Source: Epiperipatus broadwayi
Taxonomy: Eukaryota > Animalia > Onychophora
Assembly (NCBI GenBank): GCA_028023455.1
Contig: JAQFVV010000005.1
Location: forward strand, 14,260,001-14,324,000
Direction: 5' to 3'
DNA: 64,000 bases
Positions 26,941 through 38,667 of the stretch are shown in pieces. The position numbers were made by a program, and so were the translations under genes. Under the pieces are notes generated by a model that saw only the letters and a list, made by a program, of their open reading frames with translations, searched no databases and was not told where the DNA came from. Position 1 is the stretch's first letter; each line of letters opens with the position of its first letter.

Positions 26941-29900
26941 CAACAACAGATTTTAAATATCATTAATTTTATTTTTTGGTTATTCTGTTTTTATTTTTTG
27001 AAAAAATTAATATTTTTTCTTTTCAGCAAAGAATTGAAATAAATATAATTAAATTTTTTTTTTAGCAATTATTTTTTGAAATGGACAGTTTTGCCTAAAT
27101 AATATAATTATTTAATTTAAATATATTAATGGGTGCAAACAGCATTCTTTTATTACAGTTCTATTTTGTTAGATTGTGAAATATAAGATCGCGATACCAG
27201 TATAAACAAATTTGTTCATTGCGGTCTAAGATTGAGAAATGCTGTTCTACAACGTTTGAAAAAATTTTAAACTGATGTTTAGAACTTTTAAAAGGTAGGT
27301 ATTTGCCAAAATTTATTTTTAGATTTTGTTCTAAAGTTTCCATGGTTTTTTTTTACTTTGTGATGTTGATTGCACTTAGATTATAAATTAGGTCAGTTTT
27401 CTTGGAAAATGTCTTTCATCATCTTTTTTGTAATTAATTTGCAAGGGGTAAGCCACACCTCCATTGGTAGCATCATCTGGGGAAAATCATTATTGAAGGA
27501 TCATCATGTCTCATTGAAATAACAATTTAAAATTCCATGGAACAATCAGACCGTTGACCAATTGATGTTTGTAAATTAAGTTAAATAAAAAATGTTAACA
27601 TTCAATTTATTTACAACTCAATTTTAAAACTTAATTATGGAGTTTTAAATAACTTTAACTGATGTCTCTAGATATTTGAACTGCTGAATTAACTGTTCTA
27701 TTTCTTATGTTTTCATTGACTTATTAAGGATAGGAACTGCTTTGAAGAACTGTTCTTGTTGCCTTTGCTCTATACAGGGTGGAAATCATTATTATCAGGA
27801 GTCACCAACAGAAGAAAGGAAAGGACTTTCATTTACATAATGTTAAGTGTATGTAATATTTTGATTACTTTAAAAAAAAACCAATTTTCTTTTTAACTTG
27901 CAAGAAATTTTTAAACTAGTGTCAATATCTGATCAAGGTAGATTGTTGCTGCATTCACCTATCTTTTTTATTAAGATATATGAGAAATATTAACACTGTA
28001 CTTAGCGGTCATTAGCATAACGGTATCATTAGAATGATTTATTTGTTGTATTTATAATGCACATTTATGGGAAAATACCACTTGAAAATATATTTTTTAT
28101 TTACTGATATATTTTAGCCATTATTAATTTTGATAACTTTTAAGTAGAAATTTTGTATATTCTTTTTATTCAGAGTATGCTTATTATATTTATGATATAT
28201 TTATTCATAAAGTTGTATGTGTTTGGTTTTATTCTTGATTAATAATGTGACTTTTCTGTGACGCTAGAGAAAGGCAAGTCCCTCTACAGACAGGCATAAG
28301 ATCCCTTCTAATATATTTTGTTAAAGTTAAGTTATGTATAACCTATTAAAGAATTGTATTACTAATTTTTAAACCAGAAAAGGAATGGGTCTGTGTGACT
28401 CACTCCATTGCCCAATACCTCGAGGATTATATGATATATATGTGAAATTGTTAAACATATTTTAAAGATCAATGACTAGTTATATCCTCCTGTAAACTTC
28501 TTATACACATATTAATTTAACTGAAGAATCTATATTTGGCCAGGCTTAAATGCTTACTTGAGATAATCAGATTTTGTTACACTTATTTTAAACAGATCCA
28601 CACAAGTCAAATATAGTACATTGTTCAGCACATGTGTGCCTGTTTCATATTTCCACATTCTTCAAGGGATAGAAATTAGATTCTTCAGATGAAGATCCCC
28701 ATATTATATTAATTTTTAGAGAATGATTTCTAGTAACTTGTCTGGTTTCACTTTTTTTATTATTATTATGTCCTGTGGAAATTAGACCTGGTCAGAAAAG
28801 AATAAAAAGCTTTGTGCAATTTTTATTATGAATAATCATTTATCAATTCTTGATATTTCTGGTAAATAAACATATTATATTTTATTCAATTTTGACTTTG
28901 TATTTTTTTCTTAGTTAAGAATATAATTATTTAATGATCAGAAGTAGAAATTAATTGTTTTACCTCATATATTATAACTCTGAGACATTGCTCTATTCTG
29001 AGGGTGATATAGTTATTACAAGGTATTTTGTTTAGCCTAAACATCCAACTGATAATTTTATGATGGCATCAAAACATGTACATACTGAACATACATGCAG
29101 AGTGAAGATATATTGATTATAAATAGATTTAATATACTATTATAAAATGTTTATTTAAATCAGTAAATTAATTTCTTATCTTTTTATGTGTGTGATCAGG
29201 TGGGTCAGCAATATGAGATGGCATGAAAAGTTGAGGATTTTGTGAAATTCTGAGTTCGAATCCAAACTATAGAATTGACAGCTGCTGCAGGACAATACTA
29301 ATAGAAATGGACAGATGTTTTCAAATAAAGTTACAGTACAATTGGGTTACATTTTATTAATAGAAAATAAGGATTTTCCACTTGTAATACTTTTATTGGA
29401 TTCCACATTGACATTATTGATTAAATATTTGTTGGTGTAAAATGGGAAGAGTTTATATGTTTAACTTTTAGAAATATTCCAGGGAATTTAAATTAGAATT
29501 TGCAAAACATTAACAGAATTTGAAGATAGTTCATTCCTGAATGATATTGATAAAAATATAACTGAGTGTACTAAAGGCAATTGCTAGAAAAAAGCTTCCA
29601 TTTGCATATTTTAAACAGAGACAAGACCTTGTGTGAAGAAAATTAGAATAATTGAAAATAATGTGTTAAAAAGAAAAAATGAAATTCCGTAAAATGATAT
29701 GAAAAAGAATTAGTGTTGGTAAAAGAAATGTAACTGACAATTGTAAAGGAAAGCTATAGAAGAAAATAACTTCCAAAAATATAAAACACATTGGAATGAA
29801 AACTATTACATTCCTCCTAGTGCATTTTTTACAAATGTTTATTTAACTTCTCTCCAACAGTTTCAATTGCCTCTTTTTCAGATTTAAAATACAATTGTTT

Positions 29901-30399
29901 TAAAATATTTCTTTACATAAGCATGCTTTAAATTTATTTTATATACTAATTACATATGCATGCAGTAATTTTTAAAAAAAATTAAATATTTGACAAGTAT
30001 GTACATATATCTATACATGTTAGATATATTTAAATGTATTGTTAACTTTAAATAAGATTGATAATAAACGTAAGTTTAAATAAAAATTATTATCTCAAAA
30101 TGATATATTTAAATATCTATGCGTACTGTAATTATCATAATATAATTTTTATATGAATATAATAAATTATGTATATTTCAATATTTATATAAAGTTTCTA
30201 GACATAATGTATTGGTTAAAATGCTTTTGGATATATGTTAAATATTTAGTGTCTTAATTTATGAAAATTATATATACATAATATCTATTTAAAATATTTC
30301 ATACATAGTAGTGGTAATGGACTATTTCCATAATCTATCATTAAATATTTAAAGTATAGGAAGAATTTTAAACTTTGTTTAAACTTTCCAAATACAAAC

Positions 30400-31125
30400 A
30401 ACTTGTTATATATAGGGTATATGAGCACAGATTTTCTCAACCCACCACTCTCCATTCTATCTCATAACACTTGAACACATATATGTCAAAAAGATAAATA
30501 ATCACCAATATATCTATTTCATGTTAAACTAGCAATCATCAGTTGGTCCAGATTATCATCTCTACACATATATGCAATAAGTGCTCAGATATATATTAAG
30601 ATAGCCAATCTTCATATTTTAATGGACAGGCTTCAATCCACTTTACACTCCAACTCTTCAACGTCCATCCAATTGAAAATCTGATGATCACCCTGAGGCC
30701 AAGATTCTTGTCCACCCATGTTGACTTAAAGTCAATCTGACCCCTCATGTAACAGGACATAATCCATTTAATACATTTACAAGGGATGAGCAGACATCTC
30801 TACTATGTAATAACTGAAATACAGGCTTATTATATACCTGTATCAATATATGTAATATATAGGATATATGAGCACAGACTTTCACACAACCCACCACTCT
30901 CCATTCTATCTCATAACACTGATACACTTGAACACATATGTGATTGCTGGTTTAGCATGAAATATGTATATTGGTGATTATCTTTTTAACATATATGTGT
31001 TCAAGTGTATCAGTGTTATAAGATAGAATGGAGAGTGGTAGGTTATATGAAAGTCTGTGCTCATATATCCTATATATTATATATATATATTGATACGGGT
31101 ATATAATAAGCCTGTATTTCAATTA
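30400..31125. mobile_element. Penelope-like GIY-YIG 3' remnant in tandem-plus-inverted arrangement
   Basis: atatgagcacaga...acccaccactctccattctatctcataacac occurs at about 30420 and 30866 (direct) and inverted at about 31010-31070. Translation IYRIYEHRLSHNPPLSILSHN resembles the R..EH helix of retroelement GIY-YIG nucleases. The repeat structure is certain; the family call is inference. Confidence 0.45.
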
Positions 31126-31379
31126 AACAATTTGTTAGTAATAACATACAAATCAACATCACAGGATTAGCAATTACACAATATTTAGAGTAGTAGTATT
31201 CTCAACTTTTCTTCAGGTGTTGCTGGCCTGACCAGTGACCATATTGGTATAGAAGTCAAACTTACATCTTTAGATTCTCAAATGCTGAATTTTAAGACAA
31301 TTCTCTAAACAAGCTATTCTTTCAAATAGTGAAAATATGTATTGGAGGTTTATGTAAAAAATAATGTAATACAGCTGTA

Positions 31380-32560
31380 TTTTTGATCTGAAGAATGTAG
31401 CTAGGCAATTAAACCATTATAAGGCAGTGGAATAAGCGATCATAAACAGGAGCAATGTAGTAGTTTTTTAAAACATGATGTTGTGAAATATGTAAAAGTG
31501 TTCTATAAAGAAGTATATAGTATTAAAGAAGAAAAAAATCTGTACAATTTTCTGAATTGGCAATGAAGTGGTAAGAGATACAATTGAATTTATGATGAGG
31601 GATAATGGAATTATTACTGATATCTTAACAAAAGCAGGTGAACTAAATAATTGGCAAAGTTATTATATATTTGAATGATAGTGATGTAACAGATGAATAG
31701 GAAAAGGCAATACTGCTATTGGTATTTAAGAAATTTGAAAAAAAAAGATAGTAGAAATTATGAATTCTAAATAAGATCATTATATTATGGTAAATATTAG
31801 ATTCAAATGAATGAAGAAAACAAGTTGGGTTTAAAAGTGATTTTAGTACATTCATATTTTACTCGTATTTTGTGGATTAAAATGGAAAACTATGGAACTA
31901 AAATTAAATGGAATAAATATATTTAAATCATTTAGATTTTGACAACGATTATGTTTTTTCAAATATTATTTCAGAGATTAGGGAAATGTTACAAAAATTA
32001 TCAGATGAAAATAGTACTAAAAATAGATATTAAAAGCAGAGTAATAATTTTACAAGCTTTTTCTCAGGAAAAAGTAAACATTAATTGAAGAAAATGACAA
32101 TTATAAATATCTTATTCAAATTATTAATACAGATCGAAAAAAATTGTTGAAATTAAACTTGCATATATTGAAAGGAAATATATCTCTGAAAAATCATGTT
32201 TTTAGTAGATATGTTTTAACATTTCTTATACATGGGCCTGAGCTTGGACACTTAACAACAATACAGGGAATTTCAAAATTACTTTATGGACAGATAGATA
32301 GATATTAGGAATAAGAAGAAAATATGTATGTGAGAGAATGAACATGTATTATTGGAAAAATTAAAATGCTTAAATAATTGTTCAGCTAGACAAATTGCTT
32401 AAATAGATGTCAGTAAATAAATAGATGAGAGTCTTAAACTGCATCTCAAGAAATCAAACAAATTTGAAGAAGAGAAGCTGGATTAAACTTTGAACATGAA
32501 TGTCCATTGCAAATCATGGAATGAATTTATTCATCTATATAAAAAGATCAAATATTCTAC
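31380..32560 (+). mobile_element. Degenerate RTE-type LINE remnant
   Basis: DNGIITDILTKAGE near 31600 parallels NDGIIIDILKEAGE of the 50.1-kb RTE. GFKS and LIHGPELGHLT (a YGxETWTL-like motif) occur further on. Confidence 0.55.
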
Positions 32561-32844
32561 AGTTAGATTAGTTTAGGCAGAGTGATGATTGGATCATTGG
32601 AATGCATAACATGTTGACTAAGTAATAACAATACCAGTGTTATATTTTTTCAATTAGAAGAAGGCAATTGGCTTAATGAACTTTTTTTGGTTTATATATA
32701 TATATATAAACTCAGTGATCAGAAAAAATGTAAGCATATTTTATGCTTCTAATCAATATTTCCTAGACTTCATGATATCACTGTTTTTGTGTTAAAATGT
32801 CATACATATATATATCGATTTGTAATATATATATATATATATAT

Positions 32845-33703
32845 AATCAAAACTACCCCAAATCCAAAATCAAAACAGACCAACATAAAAATAATATAAA
32901 AACACAGCCTAAGGTTTCACTGCTACAAGCAGACTTCTCAAGTGTAAAGAACTACAAAAACTACATAATATTAAAAACTACCCACAAATATCAATAATAA
33001 AAGAAAAAAAAATCTTTACACTATATCAACAAAACTACTCTTAAACTCAAAAAACTCATTAAAATGTAAACATTACAAGCATAAAGCTAAACAAGTCAAT
33101 ATAAAATCAAAACTACCCCAAATCCAAAATTAAACCAGACCAGCATAAAAATAATATAAAAACACAACCTAAGGTTTCACTGCTACAAGCAGACTTCTCA
33201 AGTGTAAAGAACTACAAAAACTACACAATATATATAATACTAAAAACTACCCACAAATATCAATAATAAAAGAAAACAAAAAAATCTTTACACTATATCA
33301 ACAAAACTACTCTTAAACGCAAAAAACTCATTAAAATGTAAACATATTATTTTTATGCTGGTGTGGTTTAATTTTGGATTTGGGGTAGTTTTGATTTTAT
33401 ATTGACTAGCTTAGCATTATGCTTGTAATGTTTACATTTTAATGAGTTTTTTGCGTTTAAGAATAGTTTTGTTGATATAGTGTAAAGATTTTTTTTTCTT
33501 TTATTATTGATATTTGTGGGTAGTTTTTAATATTATATATATTGTGTAGTTTTTGTAGTTCTTTACACTTTAGAAGTCTGCTTGTAGCAGTGAAACCTTA
33601 GGTTGTGTTTTTATATTATTTTTATGCTGGTCTGGTTTAATTTTGGATTTGAGGTAGTTTTGATTTTATATTGATTAGTTTAGCTTTATGCTTGTAATGT
33701 TTA
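32845..33703. repeat. 260-bp unit in tandem (1.9 copies) followed by an inverted 1.4-copy arm
   Basis: aactacccca at 32851 and 33111 gives a period of 260. 33346-33703 is the reverse complement of the same unit. The block is bounded by (AT)n on both sides. Confidence 0.9.
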
Positions 33704-33712
33704 TATATATAT

Positions 33713-34484
33713 TTTAATAAAAATATAAACAAATATTATAGACAACTACATTAATAAATATTTAATTTATTACATCGAATCGATTTTCGTTCAAAATGAA
33801 TCTTTTCAAGATGTTAGAATAAATCAAAAAGTCACGCGATTTATATTAACGTAGCACACACTTATTGTTCAAATTAAATCCTAAAAGTTATTAAAATTTT
33901 TAATGTTTAACTGACGACTTTCAACTTAAATTCACGGATTCCTGGTGCTAAATTCAGAAACTTAGCATCCTTTACCCTTAATAATAAAGGCTTCATAAAA
34001 ATTATGACAAATCAAGGACACAGTTTATAAAATTTACCATCAACAATCAGAAGACACGGATGACATCAAATGTCTGTAGAGTTAAAAGAAATCAGATGGC
34101 ATATATTCAATATAGCAGTTTTCTTAATCTTGTTTATAAAAATCTTTAAATAAACTAAAAGATATTATATCCACTGAATTATATAAAAACTTGCATTTTT
34201 CTTTAGTAGTCAAGTCATTTCTTTGTTAATATTAATACTTCTATGACGTTCTAATTTAAAAGCATTTCTAAAATTTTCTTCAATAATATTTCATATGATG
34301 GAATTAGAATCCATTATATTGCCTTAATAAAATACTTTAATAAAAATATAAACAAATATTATAGACAACTACATTAATAAATATTTAATTTATTACATCG
34401 AATCGATTTTCGTTCAAAATGAACCTTTTCAAGATGTTAGAATAAATCAAAAAGTCACGCGATTTATATTAACGTAGCACACAC
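33713..34484. repeat. 149-bp near-identical direct repeats (33713-33861 and 34336-34484) flanking about 474 bp
   Basis: Direct comparison shows one visible mismatch (gaatc vs gaacc). CpG-containing, and flanked by (AT)n. Confidence 0.9.
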
Positions 34485-36223
34485 ATATATATATAAGGAT
34501 AGCTTTAAAATAATAGTTTGGCCATTGCCTCTCTATTTGATGCTTTTACTTGGCTTGAAAGAATTGGATTCTGGCTAATATTGATTTCTTTTATTAAGTA
34601 TTGTTTTCTGAATACATTTGCTTCTAATGGATTTTATTTGTCCAATTCACTGTCCTCTTGTTTGTCTTATTATTCTTAAAACATCTTAACACATTTTTAG
34701 GGTAAGCTATAATGCTTGTAGTTCAGTATTGCAGCAATAGTGTTTTCGAAAACATGAAAAAGTATTTTATGAAAAACTAATAAAATTTACTTTTTTAATT
34801 GCATACCTGATCTCAAAAAAGTTGGTTTTGTATTTTTCTTTATTATCGTATATTTTAATATTTCAGTATACTTATAAGGTTATTGTATTTATGTGTGAAT
34901 ATAACCAGTTTTAAATTTCTTTATTAAATAAATAATTGATCATTTATATTCGTGTTTTGTATGAAATTGGTATCAATTGCCTTTTCAATAATTTTTACTA
35001 TTTAAGCTTCAGCTGTTAAAGAAATATATATATTGTATGATGTCAGAAATATATTGTTTTTATGATGGAAGCTTTTTATATTTTTTTCTACTCATATATA
35101 TATATATATATTTTAGAACATTTTTTAAAACTGTAAAGCCTTTAACATATTTTTATGTATAGCTGAATTTGTTGAATTTTATCTTCAAAAGTCTTATTTC
35201 ATCTACTGTATTCCAATTGTCTAATTATGGCAAATTTTAAGAAAGCATTTCTAAATAAGTAAATGTAAGATGATTGACTTTGACTAAAATAACAAACTGC
35301 TAATTAATTATTTTTTTAGGGTAGACTTTTTAAGTATTAAGTTATGATTATTATGATTTTTTATACTTAATTGAAGTTTAAGTGCTTGAGATTCTTTTGT
35401 ATGTGGTAAGATTTGCTGTTCATCGACTATTTCTTCTGTGTTTGGAGGATTGGAGAAAATCTAAAAAAAACTTGTCTAATTAATATGATACATGATAAAA
35501 TCTCTCAAAATGATGACCATGTACTAATTACTTATTTTCTTTTGTTTAGGTTTGACAGGAAATGATATCTGGAAAGTGTCACTTTTAGAAAGCCCTCAGC
35601 TATGATTCATGTGATTTATTCATAGCAGAAACTTCTAGCACAAGCAAATTTTTTTGTCTGGAGTAAGACTTGCTGTTTATTTATTGTTTCTAGTATACTT
35701 AAAGGACTGTAAGGCAGCTGGATAAACTACTTTTGTAATATCAACACAATTTCATATAGAATGATTTGCCTGTCTTATATTTTAGTGTTTTTAAAATAAA
35801 GAATTTTATTCTGAAGAAAGAAATACTTAATGTAGTAAATACAAGTATATGATTAATGTAAAATGTCATTTAAATGATATGGAAGAAATTATTGTTAAAA
35901 AATCTTTCTAATGCTACATAAAGAATTACAAAGTTGTTTTAAATAATTATTTCAACGTGCATTAAAAATACAGGGGTTAAGCATCTAAGATTTTTTATTT
36001 ATTGGAAGTGTTTTTTAAAAACAAGAAGAACTGGAAATTTTATAAAATAAACTATTCTCGACAAATGCATTTTTTTTTTGTAAATTGCTGCAATTATAAG
36101 GTTGTAAATAGAAATTTATAAGTGCATTAAAGAATTCATATTTGATAAAACTTTTCTAATACAAGAACTAACTTTTCAACATGTAATGAAGAAAAATATT
36201 TTCAGGTCAAGACATAAAAATAA

Positions 36224-38667
36224 TCATATGGGAGAAAAAATATACAATCCAACTGTTGCTGTTATGAATAATATATGTAAAGAAGTCATTAAGTCTACAT
36301 GAAAAATTGGAGAAAAATATTTTATATGCTCATATATGGCTGCAAAAGATTGTTTAAACAATGGCCTGAGGTAACTCATACTTTGCATATTGTATGATTT
36401 CAAAGCAGGCAGAAAATATAATTTGAAATAATATGATTCATACAGAAGCAAAACTTTTTCAGTGTTCTTTGTGTGACTACAAGACTGCTGAAAAATATTA
36501 TTTAAAACTGCATGAAAGAATTCATATTGGGAAAAAAAAATTTCAAATGTTTTGTATGTGACTACAAAACGACTGTAAGACATGATTTAAAAATACATAG
36601 TTTAACTCAATGTACTTTATGTGGTTTCAAGACAGCAAAAATACATACTTTAAAATTACATAAAATAATTTATACAGGAAGAAAACTTATTGAGTGTGGT
36701 TTGTGCAATTTTAAGATGGATGCAAGAAGTAAGTATATTCGAAATTCATGAAAGAACTCATACAGGAGAAAAGCTATTTCAGTGCAACTGGGGCAGTTAC
36801 AAAACATCTACAAAAAATTGTTTAAAAAAAACATGAAAGAATTCATATCGAGGAACTTTTCAAATGCTTTATATACCTATAAATGACAGATTATGATATG
36901 TAAGAACTCACACAGGAGAAAAACCTTTTCAATGCCACTGGTGTGGATATAAGTCTACTTTAAAAAGTTATTTAAAAATACATGAACAAATTCATACTGT
37001 CAAAAAACTTTTCCATTGCACTTCATGCGATTTCAAGACAACCACAAAATCACAGTTAGAATTACATGAAATAAGCCACACAAGAAAAAATTCCTTTGAC
37101 TGCTTGCTTTTTATGTAATTTTAAGACTTTTGAAAAAAAAAAATTTTAATTCACATGAAGAAATTCATACTGGAGAACCTTTCAAGTGCTCCATTTGTGA
37201 CTACAAGACACCTATAAAAGTAAGATTGGAACTACATATAAGAACTCATGCAAAAGATACACCTTTTCAGTGCACTGAGTGTGGATATAAAACATCTAAA
37301 GAAAATAAATTAAAAATACATAAAAGAATTCATGCAGGTGAAAAACCTTTGCATTGGAATTTGTGTGATTATAAGTCAACCACAAATGTTTATTTAAACT
37401 GTCACAAAAGAATTCATACTGGAGACATGAAAGATCTCATACTAGAGAAAAGCCTTTTCAGTGGACCCAGTGTAGTTACAAAACAAGTAGCAAAAGTTAT
37501 TTAAAAGTACATGTAACTTGTGTGATTACAAGACAGCCATAATTACCTATTTAAACCAGCACAATACTGGTTGCCTTTTCAAATGCTCCTACTGTGACTA
37601 CGAGACTAATTTAAAAGATAGCTTAAAATCACATGAAAGAACTCATACTGGAGAACTTTTAAGTGCTCTATTTGTGACTTTAAGACTGCTGCAGAACAGA
37701 GCTTAAGAATACATGAAAGAACTCATACTGAAGAAAAACCGTTTCACTGCACCCAATGCATTTACAAAACAATTAGCAAAAGTTGTTTAAAAAAACATAA
37801 AAAGATTCATACAGGCGGAAACCCATACCATTGTCATTTATGTAATTACAAGGCAACCACAAATTCCTATTTAAGACTGCACAAAATAATTCATACTGGA
37901 GACTTACTCAAGTGCTCCATTTGTAACTACAAGACTGCTAGTAAAGAATACTTAAAAGTATATAATATAACTCATACAGGAGAAAAACATAGTTTATATG
38001 ATGATAAACCTGTTGTAAACTATCCATTGAAAGTACACAAAATCATTCAAACTGGAAAGGCATCTTTTCAGGCCAATTTGTGAAATTTCAAAGCAGACAG
38101 AAAAGATCAATTAAAAGTACATGAAATATCTTATAACACAAAAAAATATTTTCAGTGAACTTTGTGCACATATAATACTTAAAACATATTTTCAAATTAC
38201 ATGAAAGGATTCATATTGGTGAGGAACTTTTCCATTGTACTTTATGTGATTTCAAAACCTCTAAAAAGTGTCTATTAGAAAAGCATGAAATATCTCATAA
38301 AGAAGTTCATTTTGGCACAAAATCTCTTCAATGCAGCATGTATAACTATAATTACACTGAAAAATCTCTTTTAGAAAGACATGAAAAAATATATTTGAAG
38401 GAAAATATGTTCATTTGCAATTTCTGTGATTATAAAATTGTGTTTAAACACAATCTGGTAAAACAGAAAAATATTCATATGAATTCTCCATTGCAGTTAC
38501 ATGTAAATAAAAGCAAAAATTCTCCTGAAGAGTGTCAGATAAACAATAAAATATTTAAATGTTGTTTGTGTGATTACACGGTTTCTGAAAGAAGTGTTTT
38601 CGATTGTCATGAGGCAAATCATTTCACTGATCATGAATACATTTTATTATTTATATTATTCAGATAA
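36224..38667 (+). pseudogene. Disrupted tandem C2H2 zinc-finger gene, copy 2 (paralog of 15.7-17.5 kb)
   Basis: CDYKT fingers with HTGEKPF linkers across ORFs 36512-36751, 37130-37504, 37518-37706 and 38338-38667. Its C-terminal finger KCCLCDY..SE.SVFDCHEANHF parallels copy 1 KCFLCDY..SEKCLLDRHEASHF. Upstream intron-like sequence at 35140-35320 aligns with 15280-15460. Confidence 0.85.

Noticed and set aside
29195-29270. Degenerate tRNA/SINE B box (gagttcgaatcc)
   Set aside because: No A box, cloverleaf or tail.
30675-30720. Second hammerhead ribozyme (CTGATGA...GTC)
   Set aside because: GAAA is missing (aaga) and stem I does not pair. At best it is a dead relic.
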